Shown: positions 26,475 to 38,915 of the stretch, in pieces
Position numbering within the stretch: position 1 is the first letter of the stretch
Layout of the letters: each line of letters opens with the position of its first letter
NCBI GenBank assembly: GCA_011109175.1
Contig: RDEW01000010.1
Span: forward strand, 1,226,281 to 1,290,280
Direction of reading: 5' to 3'
Origin: Dicyema japonicum
Taxonomy: Eukaryota; Animalia; Dicyemida
DNA length: 64,000 nucleotides
Position numbers and translations under genes: made by a program
The notes under the pieces: generated by a model
Told to the model about the DNA's origin: nothing
Seen by the model: the letters and a program-made list of their open reading frames with translations, nothing else
The model's database searches: none

Positions 26475-28881
26475 CAGGAGTTCTCAACCTTTTTTTACTC
26501 GTCGACCCCTTGACTTTTTTTTCGACCCCTTAAAACTTTTTTATTTAGAACAGACAATTCTAAGTAAAATTAGTTAACTATCTAAAATGAATTCATTGTT
26601 AATAATAAAATCAAACAAAAAAAGTATATACTCGATGTTAAGTTAATATCTTAGCATAAATCTATAATAATAAAAAAATTACAATGGAATCCCTGTGACT
26701 GATGATTTTGACCCAAGATCCGATATCTGGCTCTATTTGTGTTATTTTTATACAAATATCTCATCTAATGGACACATCCAATCTGTTTCGTTCTCTATTT
26801 ACAATTTGATGTAGAATGCTAAATCTGCATTCAACACAGTATGATGTCGGAAAATGGAGTAGCAATTATGCTATTTCTGTCCACAATTTTGGATAACTCT
26901 TTCACTTTCATAATTTGCCAAAGAATAACAGGTGATTGTAAATCATTATAATATATTTTTAATTCTGGATTGAACTCCTCTTGAATATTTTTTTTCTTCT
27001 GGCTTTGACAAAAACGGATTAATCATCCAATATGAAATTTCTAATTCAAGAATATCTTGGAATCGAACAATCAAATCTTTTTCTATACTTAATAAATGTT
27101 GCAAAAAGTTGTTGATATCTTCATCATCAAATGTTTGATTAATTGAGTGGAATTCGGGAAGAAAATTTACGATTGTGTCAAATAATATTGAAAATAGCTA
27201 TAACCTATAAAGTAAAATTGGAAGCTATAACCTCAGTGTGAAGCACAAGACGGACATGTGTTTCTTTAGCCTCATAGCAAAATTTTCTAAAAAGACAATC
27301 ATACTTGCTGTTTGCTTTAATTTTGTTTATGGTTTTAATAACTATATTTAACGTTTCATGTAGAATTGGCGAAAAAGCTTTTGAAACCAAATGTTGTCTA
27401 TGTAGAACGCAATGTATATGAATCAATCACATTTATACATATTTTTTTCAAATATGCCGCAAATCCTTTATATTTTTCAACCATAGACATTGCACCATCT
27501 GTGACACAAAAAACCAAATTTTCATATGTCATCCAAAGATAATTTGACTACGGAAATAATAGAAAATCTAATCGTATCAGTTTCCGAATATTTGACGAAC
27601 AATAAATCTTATGTAAGAAAAGCATGATCGTCAAAATATCTCAAAGCAAGCTTCTAGTTAGATTAATCTGACATATCCATTAGAATTGATTGGTTGTCAC
27701 ATATATGACTTCCGTCAATTTGAAGCGAAAAAAATAGTATTTTTAAGCCTTTCACATAAAATATGTTCAACATTATCTGACATTTCGTCAATCCTGCGGC
27801 GAATTGAATCATTGCTAATTGGTATGGACTTTAAAATTTCGTCGGGATTTAAACCCATCAGATCTGATAGAATCACTGATATAGATGGTTTGATGAGATT
27901 TTCACCAGAAACATGGGAACTCTCATTTTTGGCAAAATCATTGCAATTTTATAATGCAATTAGTCCTCCTAAATATAATTTAAAATAACAACAACTATGT
28001 TTTTTTCATTACTATTTGTAAAACAGTGTCAATCGTTTTTTGTTTAGAAAAGAATCCTTTAATTCTTCAAAATACTCTAATGGTTTATCTTTTTTTGTTT
28101 TCTCCTAAGATGATCCAACAATTTGGACGGTTTCATTGCATCATTTGATGATGACTTATTACACAGTAAGCAATATGGTCTATTATCAAAAGAATTTTTT
28201 ATAAATCCAAATGCCAAATATTCATTCCAAATATTTTAAATATTCATTATTACACAGTAAGCAATATGCAAATTTTTTATAAATCCAAATGCCAATAGAC
28301 GAATTTTTAATGTAGAAGGACGACTCATACACGAACAAAAACAAGCATGGTAATTTTAAAAATTTAAAAAAACAAAGGTTTACCACTTTAAAAATAAACT
28401 AACTTAATTTAAAATAAAAAAAGTTAAATATATATATTTTTTTTTAATTTTTAAACAATTAAACAAAATATCAGTTGAGGAAGCCTGCTGCGTGGATTGC
28501 GAACGAGATCCCTCAGAGTATGGCTACTCCAATTTTTGTCATAGCCATAACCCTTCTCGTTGATCCCTTTTCTTTCTGGCATCCTCCGAGTTCTTGCAAG
28601 AATTCAGCCGTCATTGGACCAACGGCTCCCGATGATTCGGTCGCAACAGGAGTAAATCGGTAGCGATCCCCGAGGCAAGAATATTTCTTGATTTTTAGGT
28701 TTTCCGCAATCGAAGCAGCTTGCTCCAGGTGTCTGAACAGATTTAAAAATGTTCGTGCTTGAGAACGTGTCTATGCAAGTTGCGTCCCAGTTAAATATAT
28801 TAAATTTATTTTCGACCCCCTTACGATCGGATTGATTTTAGACCCCTGGGGGTCGAATCGACCCCAGGTTGAGAACCGCTG
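26475..28881 (-). mobile_element. hAT (Charlie/ZBED8-like) transposon with both TIRs and a perfect 8-bp TSD
   Basis: TIRs CAGGAGTTCTCAACCT / AGGTTGAGAACCGCTG; TSD CACCAGAC at 26467-26474 and 28882-28889; decayed transposase IHCVLHRQHLVSK..RLVLHTEV. Confidence 0.95.
28434..28788 (-). mobile_element. CRE-like RLE 3' insertion with 12-bp TSD inside the hAT
   Basis: WDATCIDTFS..AASIAENLKIKKY..PVATESSGAVG..ILRD/GxSFAIHAAGFLN*; A-rich tail; TSD AGTTAAATATAT at 28422-28433 and 28789-28800. Confidence 0.9.
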
Positions 28882-29819
28882 CACCAGACTGTGGTGTAAA
28901 CATATTGACGTATATAATTTTCAAATTGTAGTTTTAATAATGATACCCTTAGCCACGTGCTTAATCACTCGGAAGGTGAGGTAATGACACACCTTTATTG
29001 CACAAAACGTCTACTAATCTTCATGGTGGATCAAAACCCTTGTCTTCCTTCTCGTGAAGGTGGACAGGTTAAAAGACTGGGGGACATCGGAAATCCAAAG
29101 TTCTGAAAAAATGATGGCTGCGATGCGCGTGGGATTTAAACCTCTTAGCCGAAAATTGAAAAAGCTTGAAGAGGCAATTAATGTCACAAATAACAATTTC
29201 AAACCAAATTAATGCAATTTATTCATGGAAATCATTCAATTTTCACCACAATTCATGAAGATCGAAAATAACAGAAAAGGCATTCAAAGTTACGGAACCA
29301 TGGACTTTTAGAAAAGAGTCATCAACTTCTTCGGAATCCAAAGTTTGAAAGCAATGAGTGATATACCTATGCAACTATGAGGATCTGGTTCTAAGTTCTA
29401 GACACGCTTGTTTGGGTCGAGGTAAAAATTTCAGCCCAATACAAGGGATTCGCCTATTAAGAATCGGTTGTCAGGAGAAATAGGTCAACATACGCTATTA
29501 GCTAAGAACAAGCATCAGGCAAAACTAACCACTGTATTTAACTATGGCGATGCTACAAAATTGAAATTATTAGCTGATATGGCCTCATATGATCTTTGTA
29601 GTAACCTCGGATTTACCCAAAATGTGTTTTACCCAGTTCCACCGGTTGAGTGAAACGTATCATTTCGCATCATTACGTCATTTTCCAAACATCAGCCATT
29701 ATGGTACCCCTCCATTGAAGTAGAGAAAGAAAGACTTTTTTGGATGCAAGTCAGGGCTTCTCGTGATTCAGGTGAATCCAATGACGTCTCCAACCAAGAT
29801 TAAACAAGAGTTAGTTAAT

Positions 29820-30480
29820 GCACGTCCGCGTTGCTAGTAAACAGTGTTTATGGTTTCACTTGTGCCATGTTTTCGACTATTATTGCTGTTAGCCTTCATC
29901 CCTTTCGTCGTCTTACTAGCCTCCTGAATTCGTCTAGATCGTCTGCATCCATTAATCGGTCCCCGATCACGACATAATCCTACGCAAGTGTCCTGGAAGA
30001 CACCTCTTGACATCCCTGAATGTAGAAAATCAGTATGGCCGAAAGATTCTTCCATGTCGGCATTGTGGGGTGTTTCCTCACCCATCCGTAGTATATGTCC
30101 AAAAAGGCCACAACGGTTATTGTGCCCAATATCTTTCGTCGTGTGATATCTTCTGAATCGCCAAGATCCGAGTTTTCACTTGTTCCTCCACTTCTCCTTT
30201 CAATAGTGGTTATGGATGTCCAGACATCCAATTTGTTCTATCAGATCTCTCAAAGCTACCTCCAGGTAGATGATAAATAATACAGGTGATGGCGTGTCCC
30301 CTTATGGTGTTCCAACATTTGTAGAAAATGGCCTAGACTCCTTAGAGCCAACTCTGACGAGTAGTTCTGTTTCAGATAATAGCATACTTATCATGCGCGA
30401 ACTGTCTTCATCGATAACGTCTTTCAACACGATAAGTAGTTTACTCCTGTTTTTATTATCTGTCCCGTAGGACAAGAGTT
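29820..30480 (-). mobile_element. RTE LINE RT fragments
   Basis: RMISMLLSETELLVRVG..FSTNVGTP.GDTPSPVLFIIYLEVALRDL; similar to 56549-56866. Confidence 0.8.
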
Positions 30481-31339
30481 GTTCCTTTAAATCTCGTCTT
30501 CCTTAATTTCTCCTTATTGTACGCACTTTAATAACTGCGCAAGTGAAGAAACACTTAAATTTTGAACCAATAAGCTGAGAGGCAAAAAGCTGAAACTAAT
30601 CGATAACCATAATTGTCTGATTTTACTATCGGCTTTTCAATTGATGACACATTATTGATTTTCAATAACTAGGTCCCGGCCATACTTTTTATTTAAACCA
30701 GGTCTTCACATCCAATATTAAAAATTTGAAAATTCCACACTACAACGAATATTTAATAATTATATATTTAATTTATAATAAAATAAATTCAATTTTAATT
30801 TATTATTTTAATTAAACAAATAAATTATTGTTTTGAATTCCGCCCTTTATGCGCAATACTGAAAACGACAAAAATTCGAATTTTAACGGGTTAAAAGTAT
30901 TTTTCATTTCATCAAGCAGATTCGTTCCTTAAAACCCATAAAACAACAGCCAGTGAAAATAAAGACGACTACATAATACTGCCATCCTACAAAGTGATAA
31001 AATCTCAGTCAGAATCTCCGAGACATTTTGGACGGACGCCTTGATTCGATATTGGTCTGAAACAGTAAGTCTCCCAAGCTTATCAATGTAGGGGACGATA
31101 AATCTGAATTTAATCGAAACCGACAATTCCGTGAACAAAACTATAAACGAAACCCTTGTCTCACCTCATTATTCCTGCGACTCTAAAAACGTTACCTTGA
31201 ACAGCAACGCCCATAAAAATGGCAGAGAACGACCAAGTTTCCCGCTTTTAAAATTTTAGTTAGAATTTTAAAAAAGTCACGAAACCCAAAAATGGGGACT
31301 CAAAACTACGGGTTCCCTCGACTTTTGAAATTTAATATT

Positions 31340-32810
31340 TAAAAAACTTTTTATTGGTTAATTAACTCACAGATCAAGCTCCTTAGAGCTGATACTGGCT
31401 TCCTTCGGATCGGATTAAAGTTCAGATTTGATACCACGAGGTTATACAGCTCATCAATCATCTGGGATCAGAAACTACGCAAACTCGACAACTGCAGAGT
31501 GTATTTCTTGTTTCTGTAATCAGTGTGCTGTAATGTGCGATCGGGAACTTGCTCCCTGATATTTTCTTCGGTGGATTTTGGCGCTCTAGGAAAAAAGGAA
31601 TAAAAACTTGACGTCACTGCAGACAAGACAACAACCCACGTGACTACATTCATAGAAAATGAGTCAGCGGCCAATAAGTTGTTCCTCGAGTGATAGCCTT
31701 TGCTGAGCACTTCTGGGGCGACGTATTGCTTGTCCTCGGTGCTCTGTATGCTGTTATTGAAGTCATCAGTGGTCACAGCAAACTCCAAATCGCAGATACA
31801 ATATCCGCCATCTTCCTTTTTGCGAATACATTTGGGATCTACGGGGGTGACTAGCTCGCCAACTTAGATTAAGATGCACAATCTTCATTTTGTTGATGTA
31901 CTCCAAGCCCAGCAGCAGTCTTGCACGAGTCGAAAGGCCTCGGAGAGGGTTATCACTCCTTCGTCCAGAAATTTGTCCAAAATAATCGAATTCGTCGTAG
32001 AAAAAAGTGAGTACGTAGAGGTGTCGTCAGAAAAGCTAGACACGTGCTCTTTGACTTTAGATTTACGAGAACCTATAACGTTTGGATGGAGGAGACCGAA
32101 TTGCTTGAACATCCTGCACTCGTTCTTCCACAAATCGTATTTTTCGTACTTAAATCTTTTCAGGAGCATTTTCTTCGGTTCCTCCATCTCCGTGTAATCA
32201 TAAAACTTCCCATATCCCCACTTATAATACCTAAAAGAACAAGATTCCTGGATCCCCCTTTAAAATACCTTGACTTTTTTATTTTTGTTGTAAAACTTCC
32301 CCTTTTCTAACTTCTTTTTAGTGATCTTCCTGAAAGTTCTGAAATTACCACAAAGGGACTTTTTGAAATGCTTCCTCTCAACCGAAAATATGAGGAATAT
32401 GAAGATCGACAGAAACATCATCGACAGGCAGATTATATAGCTGGAGTCGATGTTTTCATCTAAGAGTTGACCGACTAGTGAGACCGACGCGAATTGAGCT
32501 GAGATTGTTGTTGCAGAAATTCCAGTCATTGCAGCAGCTGAACGAATAATTTTTCAGATTATCTGGAACCGAAAAAGCACTAAACTGAGCATAAACTGAC
32601 TACAGTTGATTTGGAGTTTTCGCTTTTCGGTAAGCAGCCGAAATTCCACACCTTCTTGAGCATTTTGCCGACCACAACGAGCGACTCGGAGTAACAAAAC
32701 TCAGTGTTCTCACCGCCGCAAATGTTGATATTCTCCCCACATGTATTACAAAAGCAGTAGAGCTTATCGACTAGTTTCTAAAATGGAAGATTGAAACTAC
32801 CGATCTTAAA
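31340..32810 (-). CDS. TGF-beta/activin-superfamily receptor with degenerate kinase; two apparent frameshifts
   Basis: Ectodomain LYCFCNTC..C..FCY..FGC..CCNDWNFCN; TM YIICLSMMFLSIFIFLIFSV; kinase WGYGKF..LLKRF..WKNECRMF..LHPNVIG..GLEYINKMKIVHLNL|NPKC..CICDLEFAV..YVAPEVL..AADSFSM. Confidence 0.75.
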
Positions 32811-33312
32811 ATGCCGGAGTGGTAACTCATCCACCAAAAATAGTCTACATCGTCGTATTCATTATATAAGCGAAACATTAGGTAATTGGCTTCTACGTTG
32901 TTATATAACAGGAGTTTAGCTACCTTTGAATCATCAGCTAAGGTAGAGCCACGTGGGGGACGAACCTGGTGAAGACGTATCTAAAGAAGATCGAAGACTT
33001 CCATTCTACAGCTAGCAAAGCTTTACAGAAGTTCTCTGGTAGGAGATCCATTCCCTCTGAGGTTCCTGTCATGAAAACAGGCTGAGAGTTTATCTCACGT
33101 GAACACCTTTTTTAAACGAGAACATTTTTCGTTGGAATACCTTCCACGCTGAGCGAAGGAGTCGGGAATATCCAACGGCTGTCCTCTTCTCAAATAGTTG
33201 TGATTCTTGATCTTTTAATGGAATGAATTAATGAATCTGTCTTCACTTTCTGTGTGATCCTACTGAGATTACTTATCTCCTAACTTTCTGTTAAGGAAGT
33301 GGTCATTCAGAG

Positions 33313-33332
33313 CAGGCATGTCAAACGGCCCC
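33313..33332 (+). mobile_element. Possible solo hAT TIR
   Basis: CAGGCATGTCAAACGGCCCC resembles the ends at 8527 and 10813. Confidence 0.4.
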
Positions 33333-33903
33333 ACAAAAGATTGTTACGGCCAACCACATCATTAAAAAGAGACCTGTCTTCAAATTTACAGGCCTCGGTT
33401 ATGAGAGTTCTACGTGGTTAGAAGTCGTTCATAGCCTAAACCTACGCTCCCAGAACAACGATACTGTCCTACTAGGAGCTAACTTCCTCGTGTTTGGTGG
33501 ATCACTGGGCGCTAACGTCCATAACTGAAATGGTTTAATTTATTGGCTAAAATTGAAATTTTAAGAAATTTTTAAACAAGTCTTTGACGAGGATCATGTC
33601 AATGTTCGGTTCCGTGAACAGTTGTTTTCGTTTGTGAAATCAACAAAATCTTGTCAGAGAACAAGGCTGACACTCGTCAATATACATTTTCGCCAGATAT
33701 ACGAAAAATTGTCATGAAAAAAACATCTCAGGACAAAACAGACTAAATAGTGAAAATTATAATCTTAAAAATGTTTAAAATTGTTATATTTGGCGTTGTG
33801 GACCGTTAGCTTAACATAGCGATTGCAGTGGGCTTGCAAATTATTACAAGATTACGGTGTTTCTCAGATTTGTTAGTGTGGTTTTGTATACTCAAATTAT
33901 CAT

Positions 33904-34350
33904 TATTATTAACCCCAGATTACAATCTTTGGTAAGCCCAGCACAAAAAGTCATTAAAAAAAAACAAATTAATCTAAGAAAGGAACCCAGTGGAGAACAT
34001 CTGCTTGTGCCGACAAAATCCATCCTCCAATAGGACATTACAGGCTTCTGCTTCAGCAGAGAAGTGGAGAAGTAGGTCCACCCTCTTACATTTTCATCAC
34101 CGTCCTATCGTCTCGGACATCACTTCATTCCTCGGCAGAAGAGTTTTTTCATAATGTAATCTTCACCAGAGGATTTAGCCAGGGGGAAGGTAAGAAGATC
34201 CCTTTCAACTACTGTGTCGTAGACTCGTGGCCTCACGGGTGGGATCTGTTTGACGAAAATTGACCTTTTTCTGAAAACTTCATCTGTCGGATTCGAACCC
34301 ACGCCCTTCAGGCTCGATGTCATCAGACCCGAGGTTCAGCCAAAAGGCCA
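33904..34350 (-). mobile_element. Full-length tRNA-derived SINE (447 bp) with 10-bp TSD
   Basis: Head has B box GGCGTGGGTTCGAATCC and A-box-like TGGCTGA; tail CTGGGGTTAATAATAA; TSD AAATTATCAT at 33894-33903 and 34351-34360. Confidence 0.85.
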
Positions 34351-34989
34351 AAATTATCATATACGGCTCTGGAGTTTTTTGAGTTTGACACTCCTTATTT
34401 AGAAGAAATACGAGGATTATGAGCTTAAAATCCTGTTGGGCCCAGAATTGAAATAAATTGGAAAGGATTATCAGTTGGAATTGCACTTGTAAAATAATAG
34501 TCAATACAATTTTACGGATATGCTAATGACGTACTTTAGATGAGTTCTTTAGGCTAATACGGGAACGAAGATTTCTAATGATCGACCACTGACGTTGACA
34601 GATAAATTATTAGCCACTTTCACGTCGAGTACTGGTGGTAGGAAAGAAAAAGATCTCCAACTTCTCATCAGCCAAGAGATGGAGTATGTCTACACCTTAG
34701 AAAGGGAGTCTTGGGAGTGACGATTCTAATACACTGACTTCAGAAAATCTGCGTATTTTGTTGCCTACAAGGACCCTTATAGTATGGGTGGACATGAGTT
34801 CGCGTATTCTTTCAATTTAGGCTCAGTTTTTTGCGAAATAAAGATTTCTCGGAGTGTTCTTCAGAGGTCAGCAAGGATCATATTGATGTCCCCCTGTTAG
34901 TGGATTTGAGTAGTGGGAAGGTAGGGTGGTTCGGGTCAAATGATTTTCAGAGATATTGAGTCAATTCTTTCTAAGTCAATCTACAATGC

Positions 34990-35200
34990 TTATGGAATTG
35001 ACGAGTGACGCCGTCGACAGTGATCACTGCAAAACCGGATTCTCCAGGGACTCACCAAGCAAAAAGAAGATAAATTAAGATCACTCCTGATGTCTTGGCC
35101 TGATTCCTCGATTAATTAGCATAACTGTCCTCTCCTCTTAAATAAAGTGTGTACTGCCTAAGAGGAGGTTTAAGTAACGGAAACGCTACTACTCCTATAC
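34990..35200 (-). repeat. Unidentified repeat paralogous to ~42130-42330
   Basis: Shared blocks atccggtt(t/c)tgcagtga, ggcgtcact(c/t)gt, acacactt(t)atttaag, taattaatcg. Confidence 0.5.
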
Positions 35201-35874
35201 GGAAGGGGTAATTTGAATTGAATTTGGATTCCACTCCACAAAATGCCTGGTCTGCTGCACGCCAATAGGGCAACCTCCCAATAACATCTGCCACGTGATA
35301 GACGATTTAAAAATTCAACATTGAAAGACATGGCCTGTTTTTTTTAATTTCAGACGTCGCTAAACATGGAGCGAGCTGAGAAGACACTGTTATACTCAGA
35401 TATGTTCCACGTGAACAATGCACTTTTTTCTCAACTGATATTGAAAATAAGTGAGTTTTTTTCAAAAATGCGGATATCCTAATTGCCTCTGAGAGGAAAG
35501 CAACTATAAAAACAAACGGAGAGGAAATTCTTAATCTGTTCACCCCATGATGTGACTGAACTTGTTGGGGAAGTGGGCTAGAAGCAGCTCAACTCACTTG
35601 AAGTCAAAAGATAACGAATGACTTTGAAGACGAAATTCCTGTGAATTATTATTATAACCCCCGGAACACAGGAAAGAGAAAAAAGTTATTGTCTTAACTA
35701 GGAGATCCGGTTCAGTGCATCTCCCTCTGTTCCTGCTTTCTCTGGATTCTTTAAAGAATGTCCAAAAAGGAGAAGGTTTGCGTTCTGATAGGCAAGAATC
35801 TCCTCTTCAAGAGGGTTTCCAGAAGACCTTGCCATTTTTTGGAAGTTGTAAAAATCAAATTGAAAACAAAGTCC

Positions 35875-36085
35875 TTTAACTAGGATTGCGTGAGCGTTCC
35901 CCCTGATCACTGCCATTTGAGCCTCTGTCTCAACCAAACTCCTTCACGGGATTGGCTTCTCTTTGAAGCGATTCTTCGTCCGATGTTGGAAAGAAAGATG
36001 TACGTCATATTTCCCATGACTCAGAAGGTCTCCATCGTAATAGGCAGGAATTGTACCTCTGTCATGAATATGCCATATAAAAAAT
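35875..36085 (-). mobile_element. CRE-like RLE 3' fragment
   Basis: FLPITMETF.VMG..FLSNIGRRIASKRSQSREGVWLRQRL/MAVIRGNAHAIL. Confidence 0.8.
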
Positions 36086-36389
36086 ATCTAACCTTGATTA
36101 TTCCTATTGGAAAAGTGAAATTCACCAATTTCCAATTGAACAACGCTTGTTTGGAAAATTGTCGCTAAAAATTGACATTTTAAAATGAAAACGTTGTATT
36201 TTACATAACTGTGTCGTTTAGTGGATTTTCTTTAAATTTATGTCAACCTAAAAAATGAACCCCTCTTTAGCCATATTACGTCATCCTAGTAAAATAAGTA
36301 ATGATTTTTGTCCGTGTCAAAAGGATGAGGAGGTTTTACGCTCATCTATGTTCGTAACATACGTTACGTGTAGAACTGGTGAGTTTTAT

Positions 36390-36600
36390 TGGCTAGGGAT
36401 CATTATTAGCTACAGTGCTTAGAAAAATAAATTCGTCCACGTGTGCGGCGCCAAAAACATTTTTGTCCACTCGCCTTTTCCAACTCTCCCTGTTAAATGC
36501 GACGCTCCTCAGCACGTCTAGATCAGTTGCCGTTGCAAGCTGCAGTTTGATGAGTGTCCAAGTTCCACCAACATTCAACGATATTCGACCCAACCGTCTT
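36390..36600 (-). mobile_element. RTE LINE 3' fragment
   Basis: LQLATATDLDVLRSVAFNRESWKRRV..AAHV. Confidence 0.65.
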
Positions 36601-36799
36601 ACTGAGTATCACGCACTAGTTAAGTGATCCCAGCTTTTAATAATTCTCACTCTCTCCTTGAGTGGTCCCTCGGCGATCTCAACGTTTCGAATATCTGTAG
36701 AGGAACTCGATCAAAGTGCCTTCCTTCAAATCTGATCCAGATTCTTCCGCACGGATAACTTTCCCTCACAGTGGGTTTACTGGTTGCTTGTAGAAGGAA

Positions 36800-37140
36800 C
36801 TGGGAATGTAAGCTTGCAATTTTTGGTAAGCCCAGCACAAACAGTCACAATTAATCCAAGGAAGGAACCCAAGGGAATGTCTGCTAGTGCGGATCAAATC
36901 CATCCTCTGATAGTCCATTACAGACTACCGCTTCAAAAGAGAGGGAGAAGTAGACTTGCCCTCTTCCATTTTCATCACACGTCCTACCGTTGTGACATCA
37001 CTTCATTATTCGGGGAAGAGTTTTAATCTTCACGAGTGGATTTGGTCAAGGAGAAGGTGAAAGATCCCATTCAACTACTATGTCGTGTCAGAAAGACTCT
37101 TCTCTCCACAGGTGGGACCTGTTTGACAAAAATTGGCCTA
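36800..37140 (-). mobile_element. tRNA-derived SINE, 5'-truncated diverged copy
   Basis: Colinear with ~33925-34260 (ttggtaagcccagcacaaa, cattttcatcac, gacatcacttcatt, gatccc.ttcaactact). Confidence 0.8.
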
Positions 37141-37169
37141 CGTCACGAGGTAAACACTAATTAAAAGGA

Positions 37170-37790
37170 AAACGTCATCAGGTAATCCCGGCTTCTCTCA
37201 GCAATATTCTCATCTTTTCACTTTGTTGCTCTCGGAAACCGTCACATTTTTGATAAAATGGCGGTTTTCCATTTTGGATGAATATTCCGCCCGACTTCCT
37301 CACAAGGACCTCGAATGGGGTTGCTGTTATTGGTAGTCCTGTGATTCGAGAGATTGTATCAGCGGAGTCGATCTCATCCAAGTTTGTTCTGGCAAGTTTT
37401 GTCCCCCAAACCGAATATACATATCTTATAGTTGACTCGATGGGTTTAAAACATGGAAAGTGACCGAATTGAGGATCTTTTAAATTTTGAAACGAGCACC
37501 TTTACGAAGTTAAGCTTTCGTGCCGAAGCACTGATTACGTTTAACACATGTGTGCTGAAGGTCATGAGGGTGTCAAATCTACCTCCCAGAATCTTAGCAT
37601 GTTGTTTCGTGTGGGATGAGTTCACCATTCAAAAATGTTCGGCCGAATAACTTGAGAGCCTTTTTTCGACGTAAAAAGACAATTCGAGGACTTTTCCGTA
37701 GACGTTGACATTGAATTTCTTTTCAACCATTCATGGAGTCTCTCCAATGGCACGCCGTTTGGCAGTAATTTTGAGACCGTTCAGCCAGAA
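37170..37790 (-). mobile_element. LINE RT C-terminal fragment (I/Jockey-like)
   Basis: LHEWLKRNSM..STEKS..AKILGGRFDTLMTFSTHVLNV..ARKLNFVKVL. Confidence 0.65.
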
Positions 37791-37875
37791 GGTCTGAAAT
37801 ATTTTCATTTAACGCGCGTAATCCAAATTATAAATAAAAAAAATAAAAAGAAAATATTTATAATAAACATAAAAA

Positions 37876-38705
37876 TTAAATTTTGTGTTTACTACAAAAT
37901 ACACTGAAATTTTCTTCATTGAACCGACATTCTAATAATTACACAAAAAAGTAACTCGAATTTTTTGCACATGGAAAGTGGTAACTCTTCTTGCAGCCTT
38001 TTTTCGAACATAAAATGGAGGCACCGATTTCATGACACGTGGAACATGTCTATTTTTATCAAACTTGATATTTACATTTTCCTGACCACGTGTTACCGCT
38101 TCTGCAACGCCAAATACTTTCCCGTCGTTTATGTAGATTCCATCAGTCCAAACGGCACAGTCCTCGTGGGTCCAAATCTCACAATCTTCCTTTTCTCCTT
38201 CGTAGGGACCGAAAAGATCTCCCAATTCGCTGTCTCCCTGAATCTTCCGCAAAACGCGCAGGTATCTGAGATGAGCCTTCGAGGCACACCACGTGTCGAC
38301 GAAATTTCAGTCAAACGTGAGGAAGGAAGTGGAAATTGGTTTAAGCATTCAGAATTTACAAATTCCTCATTTTGGGAGTCGATTATTCTGATAAATGGGG
38401 TCAACGGTTTCCTCCCCTTTTTGACACGTGGTTTTTGGGAAATTGACGGTTTATGTTTTTCAGGTTTGCTTTTATTTTTCGATTTCGGAATTTTCGGCTG
38501 TTTTTTGATTGCTGGCTTTTTCCTCTCTTTTTGGGCTTTTCGGGGTTTTGAGTTTTTAATGTTGGCTTTTCTGATGGGAAAATCAGGCAATCCGACATTT
38601 TCAGAAATTACGCTCAAATTGTCTGTTTTGAATGGACAAATATTATTATTGAGGATTTCACATTCAACTTGCAGGTTGCAGTTCATCACGTCGTCAGGAA
38701 ATTCT
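37876..38705 (-). CDS. TCF20/RAI1-type extended PHD finger protein; 5' end not found, one apparent frameshift
   Basis: CAFCG/KIQGDSELGDLFGPY..IWTHEDCAVWTDGIY..VFGVAEAV..|CSTCHEIGASILCSKKGCKKSYHFPCAKNS|KCRFNEENFSVFCSKHKI*. Confidence 0.8.
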
Positions 38706-38844
38706 ACAATAAGTCACCAAATGGGAAATGTAGCAGTAAGAAAGCAAATATGATTTTATTAAAATAAATAAAAATTTAAATTATTTAAAATTAACATAAA
38801 AAATTTAACATTTCGAAATTTTCTTTAGTAACAATTTATTATTA

Positions 38845-38915
38845 TTTATTGCCCCAGGATCACTCAGTTAAATGAGGAAAGATTGTCCCCACCTAACCAA
38901 GTGATCCCAGACCAA
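38845..38915 (-). repeat. Retroelement 3' end with stem-loop; partial copies near 41360-41420 and 36615-36635
   Basis: ggatcactcagtta..taaccaagtgatcc is self-complementary (12/14) beside a (TAA)n-like tail. Confidence 0.5.

Noticed and set aside
30865-30895. piggyBac-like end (..gggttaa)
   Set aside because: No partner terminus or transposase found
34280-34350. tRNA gene
   Set aside because: Only the T-arm/B box is good and no cloverleaf forms; it is the head of a TSD-flanked SINE
34850-34960. SH3-like tail (SGKVGWFGSN)
   Set aside because: Single short motif; the rest of the domain is not recoverable
37965-38753. 262-aa plus-strand ORF as a gene
   Set aside because: Antisense shadow of the Lys-rich TCF20-like gene; similar shadows at 21339-21752, 31874-32197 and 62730-63035
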